64,000 bases of DNA from Eledone cirrhosa. Taxonomy: Eukaryota. The notes below the pieces were generated by a model. That model made no database searches. It was not told the DNA's origin and saw only the letters and a program-made list of their open reading frames with translations. Location: assembly GCA_964016885.1 (NCBI GenBank), contig OZ024744.1:124496001-124560000 (forward strand), in the 5' to 3' direction. The position numbers and the translations under genes were made by a program. How positions within the stretch are numbered: the stretch's first letter is position 1; every line of letters begins with the position of its first letter. Shown in pieces: positions 1-10,131 of this stretch.

Positions 1-129
1 GCATCAGGGATATGTTCACTTGTCCTTCTGTAAATAATAGTAAAAGGCTAAAGACTCTTTTCAGCCTGAAATGTCCACAGGATTTGCATATAGAATGTTT
101 CCCTGTGGAGCAGAAGACCAGACAAGGTT

Positions 130-450
130 GTTTGTGCTAGACCAGCTGTCTGCCTCTCCATACCACTGATGTTGTCTAAGGGTAAGGCAATGGCTGATAC
201 AGTATGGCACAACTATATATACATTATGTACACACTATACATATATGTATACACATTATATATAATGTTGTCTAAGGGAAAGGTAACGTCTGATACAGCT
301 TTGTACTAGTGACATCACAACTATATATATTATATATATATATATATACTATATATATATATATATATACTATATATATATATATTATATATGATATTGT
401 CCAAGGGAAAGGTAATGTCTGATACAGCTTGGTACCAGTGACATCACAAC
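130..450 (-). mobile_element. SINE body fragment with three tandem partial copies of one segment separated by (TA)n
   Basis: The motif ttgtcYaaggg..aagg..a..g.ctgatacag recurs at ~170, ~268 and ~397. It is the reverse complement of SINE body sequence at 33738-33782 and 36165-36400. Confidence 0.55.
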
Positions 451-763
451 TATATATATACTGTGTATACACTGTATTCACACACACACACAAAAGCCTC
501 ACATACATGGACACACACACACACATCACACACCCACCATACACACAGACACTCACCACACACTTACTTTTTATGTTATTCCTTCATAGTTACTTATATT
601 TTGGTTACATATAAAGATATACTTACAAAAGCACCATTACTATAAAGATTAATGTATCTTTCACTTTTCTGTTTGTTAAACAAACAAAAATAAACAACAG
701 TTTTTATTTAGTTAATGAATTTTTAAAAGCATTTTATCTGAACCAATCATTCTTTATTTGAAG

Positions 764-965
764 CTCCCGACTTGTTGACGGAACAGAAGTTCTCATAGAA
801 TCCTGCGTTACCAAACCTGGCCCGACTGATGACATGCCTGGCAGATACCCTAAAACACCTTCACCCGGTCATAAAGACATAATTAATGACGTAAACATGT
901 GTTACACATCGCAATATCTCGTTATTACTGCTTCATATGATGGTGTTGTTAAAGTATGGAAGTGA
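764..965 (+). CDS. PIK3R4: Terminal coding exon of phosphoinositide 3-kinase regulatory subunit 4 (VPS15/p150), last WD40 repeat
   Basis: An acceptor (tctttatttgaag|c) precedes a phase-2 exon translating SRLVDGTEVLIESCVTKPGPTDDMPGRYPKTPSPGHKDIINDVNMCYTSQYLVITASYDGVVKVWK-TGA. This matches the recalled metazoan PIK3R4 C-terminus (...IEGTEVVQE...GPSDD.PRRGPES...GHHDIITDV......IVTASRDGIVKVWK*). Confidence 0.9.
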
Positions 966-1326
966 ACCAAACATAATTTAATACAGATGTAGTGAAAGTG
1001 TGGACATTAGAAAACGTTTTATTCAGATCATGTTATATAAGGAAAATGATAAAAAAGATTTTTGAAAATGGTTTGAAAAGCACACCCAATATATATATTT
1101 ATATATATATACATAAAAAGGATGTTTGACCCAAACCAATGTGGTCAAAAGTCAGCATGCAGGAGCTTTAAGGAAAAAAATATTTAACTAAATAACAAAT
1201 GTTTTGAAGAATTAAAACAGAGAAAGCAGGCTTTGCTAACATCACTTCTTTCTACATGTTATAAAGATCCTTTTTATATATATTCCAGGTGTGCTTTTCC
1301 AACCATTTTTTTTAATCTTTTCCCTT

Positions 1327-1395
<69 letters not shown>

Positions 1396-1429
1396 TTTTG
1401 TAGCTTGTTTGAAGCATTGTTTAATAGGA

Positions 1430-1435
1430 AATAAA
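1430..1435 (+). promoter_or_regulatory. Candidate polyadenylation signal for PIK3R4
   Basis: AATAAA ~465 nt after the stop codon; weak because the context is AT-rich. Confidence 0.25.
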
Positions 1436-1450
1436 ATTTAAATTTCAAAA

Positions 1451-1757
1451 ACCAAAACAATGCGTATGAAGAATATTAAATTACTAAGATAACAAAAGAA
1501 TCTTACCTTAGCAAATTTAACGATTCCAAATATTTTCAGGTTTAAAAACCCTTTATCAAGGGAGTAACCCTATTAGAGACGTAAAAATCGATCGGATAGA
1601 CTTGTTTGTATGGGACCAGATGAATTCATTTCACTTAAATCTGGTCCCTTGATAAAGGGTTTTTAAACCCAAAAATATTTGGGATCGTTAAGTTTGCTAA
1701 GGTAAGATTCTTTTGTTATCTTGGCAATTTAACATTCTTCATATATATTGTGTTGGT
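1451..1757. repeat. Fold-back element with ~110-bp imperfect inverted arms and an internal hairpin
   Basis: 1451-1563 is the reverse complement of ~1645-1757. An inner pair gggaccagat/atctggtccc is also present. Confidence 0.8.
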
Positions 1758-1762
1758 CTTCA

Positions 1763-1806
1763 ATCCATGCTAGCGTGGAAGATGGACGTTAAACGATGAT
1801 GATGAT
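1763..1806 (+). mobile_element. Isolated RTE/SINE 3' tail ending in (GAT)n
   Basis: ccatgctagcgtggaagatggacgttaaacgatgatgatgat, the same tail as the RTE copies at ~5445, ~9985 and ~18740. Confidence 0.7.
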
Positions 1807-1813
1807 ATATATA

Positions 1814-1853
<40 letters not shown>

Positions 1854-1941
1854 CAAAAGGGATATTTAATTTGTTGGTAATTCAACTTGAACTGTTAAGA
1901 TCTTCTTCCTGGTTATGTCAATATTTATAAAACAAACTTTG

Positions 1942-2002
1942 TATTTTATCTGATGAGAGCGTACCAAAGTTTTGGTACCCTTGAAATATATATAATAGAA
2001 TA
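1942..2002 (+). ncRNA. Minimal type-I hammerhead ribozyme motif
   Basis: Stem I TATTTTAT/ATAGAATA, core CTGATGA, ~12-bp stem II GAGCGTACCAAA/TTTGGTACCCTT, GAAA, palindromic minimal stem III TATATA, cleavage triplet ATA. Confidence 0.75.
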
Positions 2003-2078
2003 AATATGGTTTTATAAATATAGTTTCCATTTATTTAATATTATTGTATATATACAGTGTATATATACAGTATATATA

Positions 2079-2262
2079 AGGCGGTGGATTGGCAGTATCG
2101 GTAGAGGGTCGGACGCCATGCTTTCCAGCATAGTTACGTCCCTTTATGATCTGAGTTCAAATCCCGCCGAGGTTGACTTTGCCTTTCATCCTTACGGGTC
2201 GATAAAATAAAGTACCAGTAATGCACTGGGTGATTGCTGGCCTTGTGCCTAAAGTAGAAACA
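2079..2262 (+). mobile_element. tRNA-derived SINE with a Meta-domain-like core
   Basis: A box tggcagtatcggt, B box gagttcaaatcc, core gactttgcctttcatcctt..ggtcgataaaataaagtaccag. Five more copies occur in the window. Confidence 0.8.
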
Positions 2263-2282
2263 ATTATTGTATATATACAGTA

Positions 2283-2815
2283 TATTTTGAAACAGTGAGC
2301 AGGTTTGAAATTAGAAATAGAATAGCTTTCACTGTATTTTTGACTAAAGAATTTTTAGTCTGATAATGGGGTTTAGAACTCTCAGATAAATGGAAAAAGA
2401 TGAGTATTGATGTACATGGGAGTCGAACCCACATCTTTGTTTATCCAGACCACTGTGCTACCATTATCAGACTAAAAATTCTTTAGTCAAAAATACGGTG
2501 AAAGCTATTCTATTTCTAATTTCAAACCTGCTCACTGTTTCAAAACATACTTACTTGTCATTTATACTCGCTAAGAATGTAGCTTCTAATTTGAATGGAA
2601 GGAGATGGGTGATGTGTTGGTGTAATGGTAGCACGGTGGTCTGGATAACCAAAGATGTGGGTTTGACTCCCATGTACATCAATACTCATCTTTTTTCATT
2701 TATCTGAGGGTTCTAAACCCATTATCAGACTAAAAATTCTTTAGTCAAAAATACAGTGAAAGCTATTCTATTTCTAATTTCAAACCTACTCACTGTTTCA
2801 AAACATACTTACTTG

Positions 2816-2818
<3 letters not shown>
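2283..2818. repeat. Short non-coding element in inverted plus partial-tandem arrangement, carrying a tRNA-like cloverleaf
   Basis: 2283-2465 is the reverse complement of ~2624-2806, and 2461-2560 is a direct copy of 2719-2818. Confidence 0.8.
2611..2681 (+). pseudogene. tRNA-like sequence (tRNA pseudogene or SINE head)
   Basis: Acceptor stem GATGTGT/GTACATC, D arm GTGT/GCAC, anticodon loop CTGGATA, T arm GTGGG-TTTGACT-CCCAT (TTCGACT in the inverted copy). A T6 run follows ~9 nt downstream. Confidence 0.6.
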
Positions 2819-2894
<76 letters not shown>

Positions 2895-3035
2895 GGCACA
2901 TGGCTAAGTGGTTAGAGCATTGGCCTTGCAATCGAAAGGTTGTGAGTTCAATTCTCAGACCGGGTGATGTGTTGTTTCCTTGAGCAAGACACTTTATTTC
3001 ACATTGCTCCAGTTTACTCAGCTGTAGAAATGAGA
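2895..3035 (+). mobile_element. tRNA-derived SINE, 5' part with CORE-like segment
   Basis: A box tggctaagtggttag, B box gagttcaattct, then tccttgagcaagacactt. A related copy lies at 33593-33782. Confidence 0.7.
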
Positions 3036-3059
3036 TGATAGGACTGGGGTCCCTATCAT

Positions 3060-3237
3060 TCCACTGCAAAGTGGTCATGGAGGTGCCACGGCAAAAAAGC
3101 ACCCAGCACTCATTGTAAATGAGGTTGATGTTAGGAAGGGCATCCAGCTGTAGAAATCAAGCCAGAATCAGTTCCCGTATGAGCAAGACAAGGTCAGCCG
3201 ACCGGACACTGCCCCCCACAACAGGACAACCTGTCAA
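3060..3237 (+). mobile_element. RTE 3'UTR fragment
   Basis: Near copy of 9765-9980, including gttaggaagggcatccagctgtagaaa. Confidence 0.7.
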
Positions 3238-3262
3238 AGAATGATAATAATAATAATAATAA

Positions 3263-5495
3263 TACAACGCGAGGACCAAAAATGTGAGGTGTTCAGGGTT
3301 GCTAGGCAATGTGTCAAGGAAAACCGTGATATTGTCGGGGAGAAGTGTGTAGTTAACGATGATGGCGTACTCGCCATCACTGACGCTGATAAGAAGGTAG
3401 CTTGGAAGTGTCACTACGAAAGGCTACTAAATGAGGAGAATAAATGGGAGAAAGACAGTCTCCCCCACATCGATCCAATAGAGGGACCAGCAGTGTTAGT
3501 CGAAGGTAGTATAATAAGTAAGGCAATCAAAGATATGAAGACGGGTAAGGTGGCTGGGCCTTCGGAAATAGTTGCTGAGATGCTGAAAGCCTCCAGTACG
3601 GTGGGACACACCATGGTCACCCGGATAGTAAACCAAGTCATACAGAATGGGGTTGTTCCGAAGGACTGGCGTAGCAGCATCATCATTAACTGTTACAAGG
3701 GTAAAGGAGATGCTCTAGATAGGAGTAACTATAGAGGCATTAAATTAATCGACCAGGTCATGAAGGTCACGGAAAAAGTAATAGCGCAACTAATCAGAGA
3801 GAGAATTGATCTAGATGAAATGCAGTTCGGGTTTGTGTCAGGCAAAAGTACCACAGACGCTCCTTTCATTGTACGACAACTACAGGAGAAGTACCTAGCT
3901 AAAAGTAAACCCCTATACTTAGCTTTTGTCGACTTGGAGAAAGCCTTCGACAGAGTCCCCCGTTCCATTATCTGGTGGGCTCTTAGAAAACTAGGTGTTG
4001 ACGAATGGCTTGTGAGAGCCATACAAACCATGTATAAAGAAACAGTCAGCAAGGTTAAAATTAACAATGAATATAGTGAAGAGTTTAGCGTAAAAGTTGG
4101 TGTACATCAGGGCTCTGTTCTTAGCCCCCTACTATTTATTATTGCCCTTCAGGCTATAACAGAGGAGTTCAAGACCGGCTGCCCATGGGAACTCCTATAC
4201 GCAGATGATCTAACGCTCATAGCTGAATCAATGGCCAAGCTAGAGAAGAAATTCCAAACATGGAAGCACGGCCTAGAATCAAAAGGCCTTAAAATTAACC
4301 TGGCTAAGACTAAAGTTCTAGTTTGTAGGAAAGAAAATAAGGCGCCGGTCCCCTCCGGGAAATGGCCATGCTCAGTGTGTAGGAAAGGCGTAGGTAGAAA
4401 CTCCATTTTATGTCCCAAATGCAAAGTATGGGTGCATAAAAGATGTAGTGGGATCACAGGTAAGCTAAGAACACAGATTTTACATGTGGCCGGTGCTCTG
4501 GTGCAATAAGTAGCAGCAAGTGCCCACAAAATACTAGCTCAATCAACTGCGCAGAGGGCTCTATAGAAATAGTGGACAGCTTCCGTTACCTGGGTGACAA
4601 AATCAGCAGTGGGGGAGGGTGCTCTGAAAGTACAGTAGCTAGAGTCAGAACTGGATGGAAAAAGTTCAGAGAGCTTATACCACTATTAGCCGCTAAAGGG
4701 TTCTCCCTAAAAATGAAAGGCAGGTTGTATGATTCCTGCATACGAACAGCAATGTTGCATGGCAGTGAGACCTGGGCATTGTGTGCAGAGGATATACGCA
4801 GACTAGAGAGGAACGAAGCTTGCATGCTCCGCTGGATGTGTAATAGTAATATACGTGAACGGCAAAGCATAAACGAACTAAGGAAAAAATTAGAAATAAG
4901 AGGGATCAGATGTTGTTTACTCGAGAGAAGGCTACGTTGGTATGGTCACGTGATGCGCATGAAAGACGACAGCTGTATAACAAAGTGCAGGGCAATAAAG
5001 ATAGAGTAGGCAGACCCAGGAAAACCTGGGACGAGCTGATAAATTCCGACCTCACACACTTACACCTCTCCAAGACAATGTCACTGGACCGAGACCTTTG
5101 GCGGTACTCAGTAACAGAGAAGACCCGCCTTACCTAAATACAAAGTAAAACCTACTACTCAGTAGGCATCTCTAACAAAATACACCCCCGTCCCACCACC
5201 CCCACCCCATCAAAGTTATGTTGGTGCCACAACATCCAGGCCGAAACAAATGAACACGACAAAAAAACACACAGTCCACGCTGTAATGTGACCGTGTAGG
5301 CAACACGGTAAAAACCTCCCAGTCCCACACTTTAAATGTGGTTGGTGTTAGGAAGGGCATCCAGCTGTAGAAAACATGCCAGACAGTCCTATGCGAGCAA
5401 GACAACCACTCTTGCCTCAAGTGGGAAAACCCCCGTCCAAACCCATGCAAGCGTGGAACAGGGACGTTAAACGATGATGATGATGATGATGATGA
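3263..5495 (+). mobile_element. RTE-clade LINE, 5'-truncated and frameshifted
   Basis: ORFs 3241-4509 and 4572-5009 carry RT motifs NYRGIKL, QFGF, FVDLEKAFDRVPR, GVHQGSVLSPLLF, YADD and FRYLG. They are followed by RRLRWYGHVMR, GRPRKTW and a (GAT)n tail. Confidence 0.95.
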
Positions 5496-5497
5496 AA

Positions 5498-5670
5498 TGT
5501 TTCTACTTTTGGCACAAGGCCAGCAATTATGCAGTGTATTACTGGTACTTTATTTTATCGACCCCGTAAGGATGAAAGACAAAGTTAATCTCGGCAGGAT
5601 TTGAACTCAAATCATAAAGGGCCGTAACTCTCTGCTGCAAAACATAGCGTCAGAGCCTCTACCGATACTG
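5498..5670 (-). mobile_element. tRNA-derived SINE (Meta-domain-like family)
   Basis: Reverse complement of 2079-2262. Confidence 0.75.
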
Positions 5671-5740
5671 AATGCTTTCTTTCTTTATCAACCACAAGGG
5701 TTGACATAATGTATAACATGAAGGACGGTACAAATAATAA

Positions 5741-5905
5741 TTGTTTCTACTTTTGGCACAAGGCCAGCAATTACTCAGTGCATTACTGGTACTTTATTTT
5801 ATCAACCCCATAAGGATGAAAGGCAAGTTAACCTCGGCAGGATTTGAACTCAGAATGGAAAGAGCCGTAACTCTATGCGTTAAAGCATGACGTCAGACCC
5901 TCTAC
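5741..5905 (-). mobile_element. tRNA-derived SINE (Meta-domain-like family)
   Basis: Reverse complement of 2079-2262. Confidence 0.75.
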
Positions 5906-5958
5906 TAATGTACAAATAATAATAATAATAATAAAGAAAAAAAATTGAAGGAGCATAC

Positions 5959-6204
5959 CATACAAACTTTGAATTCTTCTGACATCATCAACATGTAGCT
6001 TGAAGTTTGGAATATATCCACGATAATAAGGGGCCATCAGAGCTTCTGACACTTGAGAATGGGCCAGACCAAGGGCATGACCAAATTCATGTGCAGCAAC
6101 AGTTTCTAGGTTGGTACCTTTTTCTGTATTGATTGTCCATTCTTTTGAATCATCAGAGTGAGTGTCACCATTGCTCGGAAAGAAAGCATGAGCAAGAACG
6201 CCAC
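5959..6204 (-). pseudogene. Matrix metalloproteinase (M10A) catalytic-domain exon, probably non-functional
   Basis: Translates GVLAHAFFP...[12 protein letters not shown]...ALMAPYY...[11 protein letters not shown] (zinc-binding motif plus Met-turn). The donor G|GTATG is intact, but the expected acceptor reads TTG instead of YAG, and HFDD has become HSDD. Confidence 0.75.
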
Positions 6205-6514
6205 CAAGAATGAAGAGAGTAAACATGTGATATTTTCTAAACGTTTTTGTGGTGGAGGGGCTTTATAAAAATAGACACAAAAATGATAGATGTTGTTTAA
6301 TGTAAGTATATCATCATCATTTTTACGTCAACTTTTCCAGCATGGGTCGGACTGAACTTTTTGAGTCTGGAACCACCCTGGGTTTATGATATAAAAAACT
6401 GGCCATTTTGAAATATTCATATTTATATTAAAATCTTCCATCATAATTTTTGTTTATGAAATCTTTGCTACATAATGTAAAACTTTTTTACACGACTCTA
6501 TGTAAAATTACCAC

Positions 6515-6572
6515 CATATGTCTTTGAATTGTCCCCTTTTCTTGTGCACCCTTGTGGCAAATAACGAAATAT
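6515..6572 (+). mobile_element. 3'-end fragment of a Tx1/L1-like LINE
   Basis: ttgtccc....ccct.gtggcaaataa.gaaat(at)n matches the 3' terminus of the element at 53600-53645 (minus strand). Confidence 0.5.
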
Positions 6573-6597
6573 ATCTCTATCTATCTATCTCTCTCTC

Positions 6598-6628
<31 letters not shown>

Positions 6629-6639
6629 TTATATATATC

Positions 6640-9600
6640 ACTAGAGTTGATTTAGCTTCGTTCCAGTCATCCATCTTGACGACGACCCTCTCTCTACCTC
6701 ACAATTTCCTTCCCACCCACCCCCTCGCACCACCATAGCCTATTCGACCAATCAAACCTCAGCGTGCCATTTCTTCTGCTACTTCTACCTAACTAACTCT
6801 CTCCTCCCCTGTCCCAGCCCAACACACCCTGCCATTATTCCACCACCACTGTTCTTCTAGCCCTGAATTTTCCTACCATTATGGATGGATGAGCTGAGAA
6901 TAAATTTGAGCAACTCTGAATTAATAGATGAAATATGAATCCGCGAGCTACCAAGCACCCATGTGAAGCGCCAATCCAGAGATCCTTCCCTACGAGTGTC
7001 GACAAATGCCCAAAACTCCGAGTTGGTACCATCAATGTAAGCACAATGAAAGGAAGAGCAGGAGAAATCATAGAAATGCTAGATCGAAAGGAAATTGATG
7101 TATGCTGTGTGCAAGAGACTAGATGGAGAGGAGAGTCTGCTAGAGTCCTTGTAGGAAAAAGTCGGTGCTACAAATTTTTCTGGGTGGGAAATGACAATAG
7201 GATGGGTGGTGTAGGTATACTACTAGCTGACAAGTGGGTAGATAAAGTAATCTCAGTGTACAGGGTAAATGCAAGAATCATTAAACTCAGACTAATCCTG
7301 AATAAAACAATTACCACAATAATATCAGCTTACGCACCCCAATCGGGGTTGCCAGACGAACTTAAGGATAGGTTTTACGAGTCCCTAATGCACACTACTG
7401 CTCTAACAAATGACAATGACTTCTTAATAATCGCAGGAGATTTTAACGGACACATAGGTAAACACTGCGACGGCTTCAATAGAGTCCATGGAGGCCATGG
7501 GGTTGGCACAAGAAATGAGGAAGGATTCAGACTTCTAGAATTCTGCGACACCAATGACATGTCGATATGTAACACAAACTTTAAAAAACCCGACAACCAC
7601 CTGATCACCTATAGATCAGGGGAGCACTCTAGTCAGTTAGATTTTATCCTCATCAGAGGACGTGAAAGATGGACGGTCGTAAACACAAAAGCCTTCCCTA
7701 GTGAGGAATGTACATCCCAACATAGCTTAGTTGTCAGTGACCTCACAGTCAGAACTAGACGAACCTGGAGAAGAAAGATCTGGAAGCTGAAAGTCCCCTC
7801 AACCAGTAACAGATTTAAAGATATTTTACTCAACGCCTACGACAGTAAAGAAGAACAGATAGAGACATTCAATGTAGAAGAGAACTGGGAGTTCCTAAAA
7901 ATTAACTTACTAGAGGCGACAGATGAGGTCTGTGGCTGGAGTAAGACCACAAACAGGAGGAGAGTGACTTGGTGGTGGAACAATAAGGTAGATGAGCCAG
8001 TTAAGGCCAAGAGACAGGCATGGAAAGAATGGAAGAACGGGGGAGCAGGGTACATTACATAGAGACCAAGAGGGAAGCTAGGCGACAAGTATACTTAGCT
8101 AGGAGGGAAACAGAGGTTAGAAAATTCAAGCATGTTTTGCAACGTGAGGACCAGAAACAGGAGGTGTTCAAGATTGCGAGGCAGTGTGTCAGAGAGAAGT
8201 GTATCTGGAATGATAAAGGTGAGCTTGCCCTCACAAGTTCTGAGAAGAAAGATGCATTATGATAGATTACTAAATGAGGAGAATGCATGGGAAGAAGAGA
8301 CCCTACCCCAAGTAGACCCTATAGAGGGGCCAGCAGTACAAGTCAGCAGCAGCGTAGTAAGTAAGGCAATCAAAGATATGAAGATGGGGAAGGCAACCGG
8401 TCCATCGGGTATAGCTGCCGAGATGCTGAAGGCATCTGGGTCAGTAGGTCACACTATAACCACATGTATTGTTAACCAGGTAATACTAGAAGGTGTCATA
8501 CCAAAAGATTGGTGCAGTAGCATCTTTGTCAACTGCTACAAAGGTAAAGGTGATGAACTCGATAGAGGAAACTATAGAGGTATAAAGCTGATGGACCAGG
8601 TCATGAAAGTAACAGAAAGAGTTATAGCACAGTTGATTAGGGACCGGGTGAAACTAGACGAGATGCAATTTGGATTTGTACCAGGAAGAGGCACCACTGA
8701 TGCCCTCTTCCTTGTCAGGCATTTACAGGAAAAGTACCTAGCTAAAAGTAAGCCGCTCTACCTGGCATTCGTCGATCTCGAGAAAGCCTTTGACAGAGTT
8801 CCACGTGCTGTAATCTGGTGGGCAGTCAGCAAAGTTAGGATTAGCAATGAGTATAGCGAGGAATTTAGCGTACAGGTTGGGGTCCACCAGGGCTCTGTTC
8901 TTAGCCCCCCTCCTGTTCATCATAGTCCTGCAGGCAATATCGGAGGAGTTTAAGACCGGATGCCCATGGGAACTCCTGTATGCTGTATTTTCCAAAACAA
9001 ATCTCTTGTATTTTGTCCTGCTTGTAAAATACGGAAGTTTTTGACGTATCTTACTAAACAAATCTTGTATTTTTGTTTACGTTCGTAAAATACTAGGATC
9101 TAACTTAAACCTATTCTTCTCGCTGAATCTATGGTAGAACTAGAACTAGAAAAGAAATTCCAAACTTGGAAGCAAGGACTAGAAAGAAAGGGTCTCAAAG
9201 TCAATATGACAAAGACAAAGGCCCTTGTAAGTAGACGAGAAAACAGAACCCAGATCCCCTCAGGGAAATGACCTTGCTCAGTATGTAGGAAAGGTAGCCA
9301 CAAAGGCTTCTCCCTCAGAATGAAAGGCAGACTGTATGATGCGTGTATCCAAATAGCGATGTTGCATGGTAATGAGACCTGGGCGCTGAAGGTGGAAGAC
9401 TTACGTAGATTAGAGAGAAACGAAGCCTGCATGCTCCGATGGATGTGTAATAGTAATATACGCGAACGACAAAGCATAAATGAATTGAGAGAGACTGAGC
9501 ATAAGAGGAATCAAATGCTGTGTGCAGGAGAGGCGGTTGCATTGGTATGGACATGTGATGCGTATGAAGGATGACAGCTTCATAAAAAGGTGCAGAGCAC

Positions 9601-10040
9601 TAGAAGTCGATGGAAACCCAAGGTGATAAAAGCCGACCTTACCCAATTACACCTCTCAAAGCCGATGACACACGACCATGACCTCTGGCGTCACGCAGTA
9701 ATACAGAGTACCCGACCTCCCATGGGTACAAGCTGAAGCATATAGACAATATGCCCCCACACCCTCCACTGCAAGGTGGTCGTAGAGGTGCCACGGCAAA
9801 AAAGCACCCAGCCCACACTGTAAAGTGGACGTGTAGGCGCCACAAAAAAGCACCCAGCACTCACTGTAAATGAGGTTGGTGTTAGGAAGGGCATCCAGCT
9901 GTAGAAATCAAGCCAAATCAGTTCCTGTATGTGCAAGGCATGGTCAGCCGAGCAGACACTGCCCACAACAGGACAACCCGTCTAACCCATGCTAGCGTGG
10001 AAGAACGGACGTAAAACGGTGATGATGATGATGATGATGA
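6640..10040 (+). mobile_element. RTE-clade LINE, near full length but decayed (5'UTR, APE endonuclease, RT, 3'UTR)
   Basis: ORF 6935-8062 has APE motifs (VGTINV, VQETRW, SAYAPQ, GDFNGH, LDFIL, SQH). RT continues in 8132-8953 and later fragments, with frameshifts, deletions and a (GAT)n tail. Confidence 0.95.
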
Positions 10041-10131
10041 TATATATATATATTTATATATAAATATATATATATTTATATATAAATATATATCTATATA
10101 TATATAAATATATATCTATATATATATATAT

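Noticed and set aside
2611-2681. Functional tRNA-Ser(GGA) gene
   Set aside because: It has no long variable arm, an anticodon stem mismatch and a TTT T-loop in this copy, and it sits inside a rearranged repeat.
3414-4870. Antisense and alternate-frame ORFs over the LINEs (also within 19640-22501 and 54145-56836)
   Set aside because: They are shadows of the RT/endonuclease frames with no independent motifs.
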